A stretch of DNA of 64,000 bases from an uncultured Candidatus Obscuribacterales bacterium (GCA_964519785.1 CAZFKB010000001.1:40754-104753), one strand, 5' to 3'. Counted from the stretch's first letter, positions 45,159-54,973 are shown. Made by a program: numbers and translations. Notes: generated by a model not told the origin, from the letters alone.

Positions 45159-45752
45159 TTAGGCGTACTGATATTGGTGGATGGTTAAGCGCTCGCTAGC
45201 TCTGTAGAGTCCGCAGAGTCTAGTTACGATGTGGTCTTCGCCTACAGAGTAGCAGATAATTGCTTCGCCTTCATCGTTGAAACCGGCAACCATGGCTACA
45301 CGGTCGGTTTCTTGTTTTTCGCGATCGAAGATTGAGATTACATCGCCAACTTGGAGGCAAGAAGCGTCTTGGAACAAAACTTCAGCTTGCATTGCTTTCA
45401 ATTTCCAGCCAAGCAATTTTGCTTCGAAACTGTTGAGTGCTGCAGGAACATTTTTCTCTTCACGAAATTCGGAGGTGCGAAAATCCATGTTGAACATGGC
45501 GCGAATGTAGTTGTCGTTGAAAGCGTTGAGCAAAGGTCCTTGAAAATGTGGCAATTGGTTGTAAACTTCATCGCTCTCCACTTGGACGGTGGGCTCGATG
45601 ACAGCTTTGAGTGAACCATCGTTGTCCAAAACAAACTTGGTGTTGCAAAAATCGTGCAAGTCGATCAAACCGCCAAAGTCAATGGTGAGTTGTGGCACCA
45701 CCGAGAGAGCCGGTTGAGTTTGGGTTTGGTATTGTCTTGCTGCGTTTGTCAT
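45159..45752 (-). CDS. Hypothetical protein
   Basis: It is the only long ORF in the interval. The start is either the ATG at 45752 or the GTG at 45812, and neither has a clear SD. I recognise no family. Confidence 0.5.
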   Translation of the reverse strand: MTNAARQYQTQTQPALSVVPQLTIDFGGLIDLHDFCNTKFVLDNDGSLKAVIEPTVQVESDEVYNQLPHFQGPLLNAFNDNYIRAMFNMDFRTSEFREEKNVPAALNSFEAKLLGWKLKAMQAEVLFQDASCLQVGDVISIFDREKQETDRVAMVAGFNDEGEAIICYSVGEDHIVTRLCGLYRASERLTIHQYQYA

Positions 45753-45887
45753 TGTTTTGGACCATGTAAGAGGGGGGCTTACCTTGATGCTTTTATAATG
45801 ACAAAGCCTCACCGGACAAAACAGTGTAAAACCACGTAGCCCAAGTCCAAATCGTGGGGGGAATACGTATAAAGTCCGAAAGTTTTT

Positions 45888-46457
45888 TTAGCCTTTTTTG
45901 ATTTGCCAGAAATCTTCGCCCAGCGCATCCCAGGGAAGTCTATGCTCGTCAGGGTTTTCGGGATCGAAGCACTGGTTGACGAAATAAATCATAGAAGCTG
46001 GAGCCTGCCACAAGTTGGCAAGACCGTGAGCAACTCCACGCGGGATATACAGCAATTGAGCGCGTCCGGCGCCAAGAATGAGGCGCATAGTGTTGTTGTA
46101 AGTAGGTGAGCCTTCGCGGGCGTCGAACAATCCAACCAAAACACGGTCGGTAGGCATTATGAACCAGCAATCTTCCTGGTTATAGTGCAGGTGGAAAGCT
46201 TTGATTACGCCTGGCAACATTTGCGAAAAAGTGGATTGTTTGACCTTGAAGTCAGGCATGTTTTGCAGACAGCCATTATCGTCAAGTCGTACGATCTCGG
46301 TAAGGCAGCCGCCGTCTTCGACGAAGAGGGTCAAATTAATAAGTTGAACGCCCTCAATGGTTGGTTTTTTCGAATAATCTTGAATCGACAGGTCTTTAGC
46401 GTATTCCCGTCCGATTGCACTGTCTGTGAGCGGTTTGAGAGTCTTTGTAGAAACCAT
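45888..46457 (-). CDS. rfbC: dTDP-4-dehydrorhamnose 3,5-epimerase family (RmlC-like cupin)
   Basis: FHLHYNQ...DCWF...VGLFDAREGSPTY...LYIPRGVAHGLANL matches the RmlC core. It is the last gene of the rml operon. Confidence 0.8.
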   Translation of the reverse strand: MVSTKTLKPLTDSAIGREYAKDLSIQDYSKKPTIEGVQLINLTLFVEDGGCLTEIVRLDDNGCLQNMPDFKVKQSTFSQMLPGVIKAFHLHYNQEDCWFIMPTDRVLVGLFDAREGSPTYNNTMRLILGAGRAQLLYIPRGVAHGLANLWQAPASMIYFVNQCFDPENPDEHRLPWDALGEDFWQIKKG

Positions 46458-46520
46458 GAGATAAGTACCTGCCGGGCGACGGCACTAGAATACCAGATCT
46501 TAGTCACTTTCTAGGCTTGT

Positions 46521-47384
46521 CTAAACTAGAGCTTCAGATTTTTTCAAGGAAAGATAATTCGCCAGCGATTCTTGCCAGCTGGGCAGTTCGCGACCAATTG
46601 TGTTAATTAACGTGGTTTTGTCGAGTACTGAATATTTAGGTCTAGTAGCCGGTCTTGGCATGTCTTTGGTTTCGATAGCCGTGACCTCGGTGTTCAGCTC
46701 TTTTGTGATTTCTTTGGCAAATTCGTACCAGTTTGTGATTCCGTCGTCGGTTGCATGATAGACCCCATAACGCTCGGTTTCTATGAGGTCGGCAATCACT
46801 TCAGACAAACTAAGAGTGCATGTTGGAGAACCTGTCTGGTCTGCTACAACACGCAACGGTTTGTTAGCCTCGCTTGCCAGGCGCAAAATAGTCTCGACGA
46901 AGTTCTGACCGTTTGGCCCGTAGAGCCAGCTAGTGCGAACTATATAGAAGCGTTTGAGGTGTCTTTGCACTGCAAGTTCGCCCGCCAGTTTGGTCTTGCC
47001 GTAGACCGAAAGAGGACTGGTCTGATCCCAGGTGGTGTAAGGACGATTTTGGTTGCCATCAAAGACATAATCCGAACTTATATAGAGCATCGGAATGTCC
47101 ATCTGGTTACAGACCACCGCCAAGTTTTCGGTTCCATACCCATTGATAAGGAAGGCTAGAGCAGGTTCTGATTCGGCCTGGTCCACTTTGGTATAAGCGG
47201 CACAGTGCAAAACCAGGCTGGGTTTCTGCTCTTTGAGTACAGTTTGGACCTGCTCGTAGTTGGTTACATCGAGCTTTTCTTTGGGCATGGCTGCAACTTT
47301 GTGGTCGCGCGACTCAAGGCAAGCCACGAGGGCTTTGCCCAACATTCCACCCGCTCCGGTAACTAACAGTTTGCGCTCAGCCAT
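46521..47384 (-). CDS. rfbD: dTDP-4-dehydrorhamnose reductase
   Basis: LLVTGAGGMLG Rossmann motif. YGKTKLAGE catalytic YxxxK. Size 287 aa. Confidence 0.88.
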   Translation of the reverse strand: MAERKLLVTGAGGMLGKALVACLESRDHKVAAMPKEKLDVTNYEQVQTVLKEQKPSLVLHCAAYTKVDQAESEPALAFLINGYGTENLAVVCNQMDIPMLYISSDYVFDGNQNRPYTTWDQTSPLSVYGKTKLAGELAVQRHLKRFYIVRTSWLYGPNGQNFVETILRLASEANKPLRVVADQTGSPTCTLSLSEVIADLIETERYGVYHATDDGITNWYEFAKEITKELNTEVTAIETKDMPRPATRPKYSVLDKTTLINTIGRELPSWQESLANYLSLKKSEALV

Positions 47385-47397
47385 AATTCCTTCTTAA

Positions 47398-48477
47398 CTA
47401 GGGTGCTACTCCGGCTACAGCGGGAGTTGTTGCAACGGCTGGGACAACATTGGCTTTGCTAGAATCTGCAACCAATGCGAGCCAATCTGTGTTTTTGACA
47501 TACCAGTCGATTGTTTGCTTGATTCCAGTTTCGAAAGTATGTTTGGGGGTCCAACCAAGTTCGCGCTGAATTTTACTTGAGTCTATGGCGTAACGACGAT
47601 CGTGTCCAAGACGGTCGGCTACATATTTGATTAGTGCTTCGGTCTTGCCGAGCTCTTTGATGAGGAGCTTGGTGATATACATATTTGTTTTTTCGTTGTT
47701 GCCGCCAACATTGTAGACCTGTCCAGATACGCCTTTGTGGAACACGACGTCGATTGCGCGACAGTGATCTTCAACGTGTAACCAATCGCGGATATTGGCA
47801 CCGTCGCCGTAAACAGGGACTTGCTTATCGTTCATCAAATTGTTGATGAATAGTGGAATTAGTTTTTCAGGATGCTGATAAGGACCATAGTTGTTGGAAC
47901 AACGAGTGATCACTACAGGCAGGTTATAGGTGTGGTTGTATGCCATACAAATCATGTCGGCGCTGGCTTTGCTTGCCGAATAAGGGCTTGAAGGCTGGAT
48001 TGGGGTTTCTTCGGTGAAGAATCCAGTTGGCCCAAGCGATCCGTATACTTCGTCGGTCGAGATTTGCATGTATTTGATACTGTATTTTGCGTCAGGACCG
48101 GGTTTGCATCCTGGTTCCAAGCCATATTTGAATGCAGCTTCGACTAAAGCTTGGGTTCCCATGACGTTCGATCTGACGAAAATAGATCCGTCTTCAATCG
48201 AGCGGTCAACGTGGCTTTCTGCTGCCAGATTCATAATGCCGTCGATTTTGCCGAACATTTTGCCTGAGACAATTTGATTTACAAGTTCGGTATCTTCTAT
48301 ACGGCCTTTGACGAATTTGTACTTGGGATTAGAGGCGACATCCGCCAGATTTTCTGGGTGACCGGCATAGGTCTGGGCGTCTAAGTTGATGATTTCATAG
48401 TCAGGGTAAGTGGCCAGCATGTATCTGACCAGGTTGCTACCTATAAAACCCAATCCACCGGTGATTAAAAGTCGCAT
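47398..48477 (-). CDS. rfbB: dTDP-glucose 4,6-dehydratase
   Basis: MRLLITGGLGFIGSN, the STDEVYG-type segment ISTDEVYGS, and YSASKASAD. Confidence 0.92.
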   Translation of the reverse strand: MRLLITGGLGFIGSNLVRYMLATYPDYEIINLDAQTYAGHPENLADVASNPKYKFVKGRIEDTELVNQIVSGKMFGKIDGIMNLAAESHVDRSIEDGSIFVRSNVMGTQALVEAAFKYGLEPGCKPGPDAKYSIKYMQISTDEVYGSLGPTGFFTEETPIQPSSPYSASKASADMICMAYNHTYNLPVVITRCSNNYGPYQHPEKLIPLFINNLMNDKQVPVYGDGANIRDWLHVEDHCRAIDVVFHKGVSGQVYNVGGNNEKTNMYITKLLIKELGKTEALIKYVADRLGHDRRYAIDSSKIQRELGWTPKHTFETGIKQTIDWYVKNTDWLALVADSSKANVVPAVATTPAVAGVAP

Positions 48478-48577
48478 AGTCTACTCCCTAGAGGTACAGC
48501 CTAAGATTGTGGCTTGACATGCTCGTTTTGATCAACGTTGTCTAAATAATCTAGACGCAATACGCCGTGAAAATTAT

Positions 48578-49579
48578 TTAATCGATGATGTTTTGGCAGG
48601 CAAGCCACTTCATTACAAGTTCGGGCCAGTCTGTGATTGCATCCTTGGTATGTCTTAGTCCAAAAGCATGTCCACCTGTTGGATACAAATGCATTTCGGC
48701 TGGGACTTTGGCTTTGCGCAAGGCGGTATAAAAAATAAGTGAGTTTTCGACCCTGTCTACAGGGTCGTCTTGAGCCTGGATAATCATCACTGGTGGCGTT
48801 TTGCTCGTGACTTGAATATCCGGGTTGAGTTTGAATGAACCATCTTTTTGTTTAATAGCCAGGCGCCCAGGATAGATTGGCACGGCAAAATCGGGGCGAC
48901 AGCTTATTTCGTCGGTAGCGTCGATTTTCTTATATATAGGTATATGGTGTGTGCTCATAGCTGCAGACAAATGTCCTCCAGCTGAAAATCCAAGCACGCC
49001 TATTTTGTTTGGATTGATTTTCCATTCTTTGGCGTGTTGTCTTACAAAACTCACTGCTCTTTGCGCATCTTCAAGCGCCAGGGGCGATTTTGGATAATGA
49101 CCTGCAGCTGGAAGCACTCCTTCTCCTGGAACTCTATATTTGAGCAAAACGCAGTTGATACCACGGGCGGTGAACCAGTCGCAAACTTCTGTCCCTTCGA
49201 GATCCATGGCAAGAATCTGATAGCCACCGCCTGGAAATACGATAATACAAGCGCCGGTGTTCCTGCCTTTGGCAGGGTAGAGTGTGACAGTAGGTTTGGA
49301 AACGTGATCTGTCCACAGCCAGGGCTTACCAGCTACAAGGTGGTCTGTGCAGGTGTGATCCTGTTCTTTGCCTTTGACTGCAAACTGGCCTGTTTTATGT
49401 GGCATCGATGCTTCAGGCCAGATCGGAATTTGTTTCAGTCCTTCCTTTGCTTCCCAGGCTTGAGCCGGCAGCAACAGACCGCTTGCAATGACCAGGCTCA
49501 AAAAATATGGTTTGAGTAAGCCCTGCGTTAGCTCGAAAATCCGCAAATTAAACGACTTCGACTTTGGAGTCGTCGCCAA
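48578..49579 (-). CDS. Exported alpha/beta hydrolase (esterase/lipase-like)
   Basis: N-terminal hydrophobic signal or anchor. Oxyanion-type FPGGGY. Nucleophile elbow GFSAGGH. C-terminal GGHAF. It overlaps the rmlA 3' end by 32 nt. Confidence 0.75.
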   Translation of the reverse strand: MATTPKSKSFNLRIFELTQGLLKPYFLSLVIASGLLLPAQAWEAKEGLKQIPIWPEASMPHKTGQFAVKGKEQDHTCTDHLVAGKPWLWTDHVSKPTVTLYPAKGRNTGACIIVFPGGGYQILAMDLEGTEVCDWFTARGINCVLLKYRVPGEGVLPAAGHYPKSPLALEDAQRAVSFVRQHAKEWKINPNKIGVLGFSAGGHLSAAMSTHHIPIYKKIDATDEISCRPDFAVPIYPGRLAIKQKDGSFKLNPDIQVTSKTPPVMIIQAQDDPVDRVENSLIFYTALRKAKVPAEMHLYPTGGHAFGLRHTKDAITDWPELVMKWLACQNIID

Positions 49580-50621
49580 GCATGAGTCTGTACGCGACAG
49601 GCTTGTTCTGGCTGCGAGTCAATTCGACATTGAGTCCAATCAGACTGTCTTCGATACGACCATGAAAGTCTAGAATCTGACAGTTTTCGCGCAAGATACA
49701 GAATTCGATTTCAGCAAACGAAACTTTAGCGCCATCCCCAATTGAAGTGAAAGGTCCTATATAAGTACCTTCGAGCTTGCAATCCTGACCGATAACTACA
49801 GGTCCGCGAATAGTACAGTTCTTGAGTTCGCTGCCTTTGCCGATTGAAACGCGACCTGAAACTTTAGACGAATCGTCGATTTTGCCTTCAATGCTTGGCT
49901 CTGACATTTCGTCTAGTACCACACGATTTGCTTCGAGCATATCGTCTTTCTTTCCGGTGTCGAGCCACCACGAGCGTAAAATGTGGCTATCTACTCGGTG
50001 TCCCATTTCAATCAGTTTTTGTATAGCGTCTGTAATTTCAAGTTCGCCACGAGCGCTTGGTTTGATGGCATCAATCGCCTGATGAATTTTAGCGTGGAAA
50101 AGATAGACGCCAACGAGAGCCAGATTGGATTTTGGCTGTTTTGGTTTTTCTTCTAATTTTAAGATGCGACCTTCGTCGTCTAAAAGAGCGACACCAAATG
50201 ATGATGGATTAGGCACTTCTTTCAAAAGGATAAACGCATCGGAGCCGCCTTCTTGGAAGCGCTTCACAAGCGGTCCTACACCATCTTTGATTAAGTTGTC
50301 GCCTAAATACATGACGAATGTGTCGTCGCCCAAAAAGGGTCTTGCAGTTTTGACAGCATGTGCCAGACCAAGCGGTTCTTCTTGCAAGATGTAGGTTATT
50401 TTGATGTTCCAGCGGCTGCCATCGCCCACACATTCTCTGACGTCATTACCGGTCTCAGGGCTTATGATAATTCCGATATCTTTGATACCAGCTGAGATAA
50501 GCGCTTCGATTCCGTAGAATAAAATAGGCTTATTCGCCACCGGCAAAAGTTGTTTGGCTGCGGTATGTGTGATTGGACGCATACGCGTGCCCTTGCCACC
50601 ACTGAGAATAAGACCTTTCAT
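49548..50621 (-). CDS. rfbA: Glucose-1-phosphate thymidylyltransferase, long form with C-terminal left-handed beta-helix
   Basis: MKGLILSGGKGTRMRPIT...KQLLPV signature. The C-terminal half has hexapeptide-like repeats. Confidence 0.85.
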   Translation of the reverse strand: MKGLILSGGKGTRMRPITHTAAKQLLPVANKPILFYGIEALISAGIKDIGIIISPETGNDVRECVGDGSRWNIKITYILQEEPLGLAHAVKTARPFLGDDTFVMYLGDNLIKDGVGPLVKRFQEGGSDAFILLKEVPNPSSFGVALLDDEGRILKLEEKPKQPKSNLALVGVYLFHAKIHQAIDAIKPSARGELEITDAIQKLIEMGHRVDSHILRSWWLDTGKKDDMLEANRVVLDEMSEPSIEGKIDDSSKVSGRVSIGKGSELKNCTIRGPVVIGQDCKLEGTYIGPFTSIGDGAKVSFAEIEFCILRENCQILDFHGRIEDSLIGLNVELTRSQNKPVAYRLMLGDDSKVEVV

Positions 50622-50672
50622 TATTGTTTGCGAACCTCTTTGTTTTGCTTTTTTACAGTTTGATTTTTGGTT

Positions 50673-51236
50673 TTAATAAGCGCCACGCTTGTTGAGAACG
50701 GCACTAAAAGTGGAGAAGATGATTTGCCAGTCGAGTTTATTGCTCCAGTGCTCGCAATACCATTTGTCGAATTCAACTTTGGTGGCATCGGGCAACTCGT
50801 CACGACCGTTGATTTGTGCCCAGCCGGTTATGCCGGGCAAAAATTCGAGCACGCCTTCTTTTTGACGAAGCTCGGTGAGTGAGTATTGATTATACAAAGC
50901 CGGTCTTGGTCCTACCAGGCTCATTTGACCGACAAGAACATTGAAGAGTTGGGGTAATTCATCCAAACTGGTTTTGCGAAGAAAATTTCCGACAGCTGTT
51001 ATAGGCGACGGCATCTTCAGCATTTCTTCTGTCGAAACGTTGGGAGTGCCCACACGCATAGTGCGAAACTTATAAATATCAAATAATTCGCCGCGCTTGC
51101 CTACGCGCTTCTGTTTGAAAATAATAGGTCCGGCAGAATCGCATTTGATAGCTACGCAAATTACCGCCAGAACCGGGGCAAGAGTAACCAGAGCGCCAAG
51201 AGAAAGAATTAAGTCGGTTAGTCGTTTGAAGATCAT
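50673..51236 (-). CDS. Small monotopic phosphoglycosyl transferase (bacterial sugar transferase family)
   Basis: IIFKQKRVGKRGELFDIYKFRTM ... DELPQLFNVLVGQMSLVGPRP is the hallmark of the family. Confidence 0.88.
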   Translation of the reverse strand: MIFKRLTDLILSLGALVTLAPVLAVICVAIKCDSAGPIIFKQKRVGKRGELFDIYKFRTMRVGTPNVSTEEMLKMPSPITAVGNFLRKTSLDELPQLFNVLVGQMSLVGPRPALYNQYSLTELRQKEGVLEFLPGITGWAQINGRDELPDATKVEFDKWYCEHWSNKLDWQIIFSTFSAVLNKRGAY

Positions 51237-51299
51237 GCAAAGATTTTATGACCTTATGCTGTATGTGTCCTTAATCTAAGTTGAGCTATACTGAACCAA

Positions 51300-52202
51300 A
51301 TGTCAGTCCAGACCACATCTTTATCTGTTGTAACAGTCAGCTGGAACACTCGAGACCTACTTCGAGAGTGCTTGGAATCTCTCAAGCAAGAGCTAGACAG
51401 TTTGCCTCAGGTCAAAAGCGAGGTCTTTTTAATCGATAACGATTCGCATGACGGCTCTGCTCAAATGGTGGCGTCCGAACATCCGTGGGTTCACTTAATA
51501 GTGAATAAAGAGAATCTGGGCTTTGCTAAAGCCAATAATCAGGCTTTTAAACTGGCTAAAGGCGAATATGTTTTACTTCTGAATCCAGACACAAAAGTGC
51601 TGCCAGGGGCGATTGGTACCTTGATTGAGTTTCTTCAATCCAAGGGGGAAGCTGGAATCGTGGCACCGATGTTACTGAATACAGATATGAGCGTTCAGCG
51701 GTCCTGTCGCAAATTTCCGACATTTACCAATATGCTTTATGAGTTGATTGGGCTGAGCAAAATGTTTAAACCTGGCACCGCAGCTGGTGCGAAGTTTCGT
51801 GAATATAAAATGCTCGATTGGGAGCATGATGACGAGCGTGAAGTCGACCAACCGGAAGGCGCATGCTTGCTTCTGCGCCAGAGCGTAATCGACCAGGTTG
51901 GTGTTCTAGACGAAGGCTTTTTCATGCTTTTTGAAGAAGTAGATTGGTGTTATCGCATCAAGAAAGCGGGCTGGCAAATCTGGTTCACTCCGCGAGCGAA
52001 AATCATTCATCACTATGGGCAATCAATAAAACAAGTCAAAGCCAAGATGATTCTCAGTTCGCACAAAGGGTTGTTTCGCTTCTGGCATAAACATTACAGA
52101 GGCAATCGCTGGTATTTAGACGCTTTTGCATATGCTGGTTTGATGGCGCTCGCCTGGGTACGGATTGCCGCACACACGCTGAAGAACAAATTTGCTGCCT
52201 AG
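51300..52202 (+). CDS. Family 2 glycosyltransferase
   Basis: VVTVSWNTRDLLRECLESL ... IDNDSHDGS ... LLNPD, and the rhamnosyltransferase-like segment EEVDWCYR. Confidence 0.85.
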   Translation: MSVQTTSLSVVTVSWNTRDLLRECLESLKQELDSLPQVKSEVFLIDNDSHDGSAQMVASEHPWVHLIVNKENLGFAKANNQAFKLAKGEYVLLLNPDTKVLPGAIGTLIEFLQSKGEAGIVAPMLLNTDMSVQRSCRKFPTFTNMLYELIGLSKMFKPGTAAGAKFREYKMLDWEHDDEREVDQPEGACLLLRQSVIDQVGVLDEGFFMLFEEVDWCYRIKKAGWQIWFTPRAKIIHHYGQSIKQVKAKMILSSHKGLFRFWHKHYRGNRWYLDAFAYAGLMALAWVRIAAHTLKNKFAA

Positions 52203-52286
52203 TAGAAGCCTGATGTTATCAACATGTATATAAATTGTTTAGCCTTTGCTAATATTTTGGCTATTTTATTAGTTTTGATTTAGACT

Positions 52287-52329
52287 GGACCAAGTAGTGT
52301 GCAGCCCAATTGATTTGGTCTGTTTTTTT
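52287..52329 (+). terminator. Possible intrinsic terminator after the GT2 gene
   Basis: GACCAA, a 21-nt loop, then TTGGTC, followed by TGTTTTTTT. The stem is short and the loop large, so this is weak. Confidence 0.3.
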
Positions 52330-52388
52330 GAAGCTGACAAGAATTTCTTCCCGAAGTTCCGGGGGCCAAAGAAGGAGGCCAATGATAA

Positions 52389-53744
52389 ATGCAGACAAAC
52401 AACTCGAAATCACTTAGTCCTAATTGTGCAACCAAGGACATTCAAGCGCTTGAGTATGAGTTCGGCGGCAGGCACCTCCTTGCTAGTTATTTGAACTGTT
52501 GTTCAGATGCACTTTCTGATGCTAAGGCGATAGACAAAGCCATGCGCGAAGCAATCAAGGCTTCTGGCGCGACTGTTCTAAGCGCAAATGAGCATCTCTT
52601 TGAAGGCGGCGGAATGACCGCGCTTTATTTGCTCTCTGAAAGTCATGCAAGTATTCACACTTATCCTGAGCACAATTCGTGCTTTGTGGATATTTTCACT
52701 TGTGGATATGTTTGCGAGCCAAAAGAATTCGATCGCGTTTTGCGTGAATATTTCAAACCGCAAGAATCGTCTATGCGCTATATGGATCGCGGTTCTGTGA
52801 CAAAAGAAATGGATAGCTCAGATGAGTCGATTTCTGTCGAAAGTAATAACATCGCTACCTGGAACAAAGATGGTGATAAGCGCACAATTTTCTTCCAGCC
52901 CCTTGAGATGGAAACTTTTGTTGTAGACAAAGTTTTGCTTGAAACAAAAACCAAATATCAATCGGTCATGGTTGCCGATACTGCAAAATACGGACGAATC
53001 CTGGTTCTTGATGGCGATTTGCAGAGCGCGCAAAACGACGAAGAGCTCTATCACGAGTTTTTGGTCCACCCTGCCATGATGTTTCACCAAGACCCCAAAT
53101 CTGTATTGATAGTTGGAACCGGAGAAGGCGCGACTATTCGCGAAGCATTCAAATATAAGAACAATCCAGAAGTTACAGCTGTTGATATCGATCAAGAAGT
53201 AGTAGAAATTTGCCGTGACTATTTGCCTACATGGCATAGAGGCGCACTGGCTGCTGATTCAAAAGCTACTCTCCTGTATGAAGATGGACTTGAATATCTG
53301 CGTCGCGAAAAGAAAACTTTCGACGTGATAATTATGGACGTTGTTTCAGATCACGAAGAAGGACCCGCTGAAGCGTTATATACAGACGCTTTCTACAACC
53401 TGGTCAAAACAAAATTGAGTCCTGGTGGTATTGTTGGAATACAAGGCATGTATGCCAACTGCTATCCTGAATCACGCATGCATCGCAAATTAAGAGGCGC
53501 TGTTGAATCAGCCTTCTCGCAAGTACACACCTATTCTACATATGTACAATCATTCTGGGCTGAGTGGGGCTTCCTCTTAGCTTCCGATTGGTGCGATCCG
53601 ACTGCTGAAGGCAATCTTGAGTTACTCAAGAAGCGTTTCGCGCAGCGTGTATCAACAAATGCAATGGTGCATTTGACACCTGAGTTATTGCTTGCCAGTT
53701 TTGCTATGAGCAAATCAAACAAGAAAGCACTGGGCATCAAATAA
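52389..53744 (+). CDS. Fusion of S-adenosylmethionine decarboxylase proenzyme and spermidine synthase
   Basis: The N-terminal about 125 aa carry the class-1 AdoMetDC self-cleavage motif LSESHASIHTYPE (Glu-Ser at 52638-52643). The C-terminal about 290 aa carry SpeE motifs VLIVGTGEGATIRE and VTAVDIDQEVV. GGAGG lies upstream. Confidence 0.8.
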   Translation: MQTNNSKSLSPNCATKDIQALEYEFGGRHLLASYLNCCSDALSDAKAIDKAMREAIKASGATVLSANEHLFEGGGMTALYLLSESHASIHTYPEHNSCFVDIFTCGYVCEPKEFDRVLREYFKPQESSMRYMDRGSVTKEMDSSDESISVESNNIATWNKDGDKRTIFFQPLEMETFVVDKVLLETKTKYQSVMVADTAKYGRILVLDGDLQSAQNDEELYHEFLVHPAMMFHQDPKSVLIVGTGEGATIREAFKYKNNPEVTAVDIDQEVVEICRDYLPTWHRGALAADSKATLLYEDGLEYLRREKKTFDVIIMDVVSDHEEGPAEALYTDAFYNLVKTKLSPGGIVGIQGMYANCYPESRMHRKLRGAVESAFSQVHTYSTYVQSFWAEWGFLLASDWCDPTAEGNLELLKKRFAQRVSTNAMVHLTPELLLASFAMSKSNKKALGIK

Positions 53745-53764
53745 AACAGCGCCTTCTAAATCGC

Positions 53765-54973
53765 TTAGACTGGCGCGGTCCAACCAAAAGTATCGAGCGT
53801 CTCGTCTACTGTCATATTATTTTCCAGGCAGTAAGACATTACTATCGTTGCCTGTTCGAGCTTGAGCAAATCATGGTCGAGATAGGTCTTGAGCTCAGTT
53901 GCATTATTCATGACGTGCTCGTCAATCAGTTTGGCGTCAAACAGAGTTTTGATAAGTGGAACACGGTTCGCCAGTGCCAGAGCGGTGGCAATTTGTAAAT
54001 CCTTATCTGAAATGAGACCGGCTTTTTTCAAAATGTCTGTGATTTCAATTTGCTCGCGCTCTTCTAAGATTTCTTCTGGGTTGGAATCAAGCTTTGCAAG
54101 TACGTCTTGCAGTTCTTTGTTAGAAGATGCATATTGGATTCGTTTGATAATGCGGGCTGCCTGGTCTTCGAAAAGCATGCCCTGACCAACCATGGATAAA
54201 ATATATTTTGCTGCTTTGGCGCACGGTGCAGATGCGTAACCCAGCGAAACAAAGACTTCTTCAATTGGACGCTCTTCTGTTACTTCAATCTCTTTTGCGG
54301 TCATAAGTTGGCTTTCAGATACCACTCCAGCCATCAAGAACAATTCGCCCGTTCCGAATGCTTCACCCATAGCGCCCTGAAACTCGGCGTTTTCGCGTAA
54401 AGACTGTTCGAGTGGAATAGAGCGAAGACGCGCCATTTTAAGCGCATATACAGCTTTGTCCCTTTCTATAGCACCATCTCGAATGAGCTTTTGCGCGGTT
54501 AAGGCTGAGTTGAGTGAGGCACGTTTCACCTTGCCGTTACTCAGTAGCACCATACCTAGTGGCAGTCCGGTATCTGCGCTTGCATGCATTGCCTCTTCCA
54601 CATGTGGACGACTTGCAATTCCAGATGCTACCAGAAGCTCACCTAGTCTGTTTTCTGTAACTACTGCTTTGGGTGGTGCTGCCGGCACAACACGCGTGAG
54701 GGCTGTATCTAGTCCTACTCCATGTCTGACTACTTGTAGAAAGGCTTGAATGGCGTGATCGAATGGGATCAAGCCATCGCGCATTCGTGCTTGCAACTCG
54801 AGCGCTGTGCGAAGGTGATCTTCGCTAACGTGTCCATGCATTGTAAGCACGCGTCCAATAGGCAAGCGCATTTTGAAAGAAAGTTTGTAAGCCGCTTCAA
54901 ACTGTTCTGGTTGAATAAGTCCGGTACGGATGAGCAATTCGCCCAGTTGTATGTCTGTGCTTTCCTGCGTCAT
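53765..54973 (-). CDS. Protein built from four MshEN/T2SSE_N-like repeats, no ATPase domain
   Basis: There are four repeats of about 95 aa. Each contains two 24-residue motifs separated by exactly 5 residues, for example QLGELLIRTGLIQPEQFEAAYKLS-FKMRL-PIGRVLTMHGHVSEDHLRTALELQ. Repeats 1-2 are well conserved and repeats 3-4 are degenerate. Confidence 0.7.
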   Translation of the reverse strand: MTQESTDIQLGELLIRTGLIQPEQFEAAYKLSFKMRLPIGRVLTMHGHVSEDHLRTALELQARMRDGLIPFDHAIQAFLQVVRHGVGLDTALTRVVPAAPPKAVVTENRLGELLVASGIASRPHVEEAMHASADTGLPLGMVLLSNGKVKRASLNSALTAQKLIRDGAIERDKAVYALKMARLRSIPLEQSLRENAEFQGAMGEAFGTGELFLMAGVVSESQLMTAKEIEVTEERPIEEVFVSLGYASAPCAKAAKYILSMVGQGMLFEDQAARIIKRIQYASSNKELQDVLAKLDSNPEEILEEREQIEITDILKKAGLISDKDLQIATALALANRVPLIKTLFDAKLIDEHVMNNATELKTYLDHDLLKLEQATIVMSYCLENNMTVDETLDTFGWTAPV

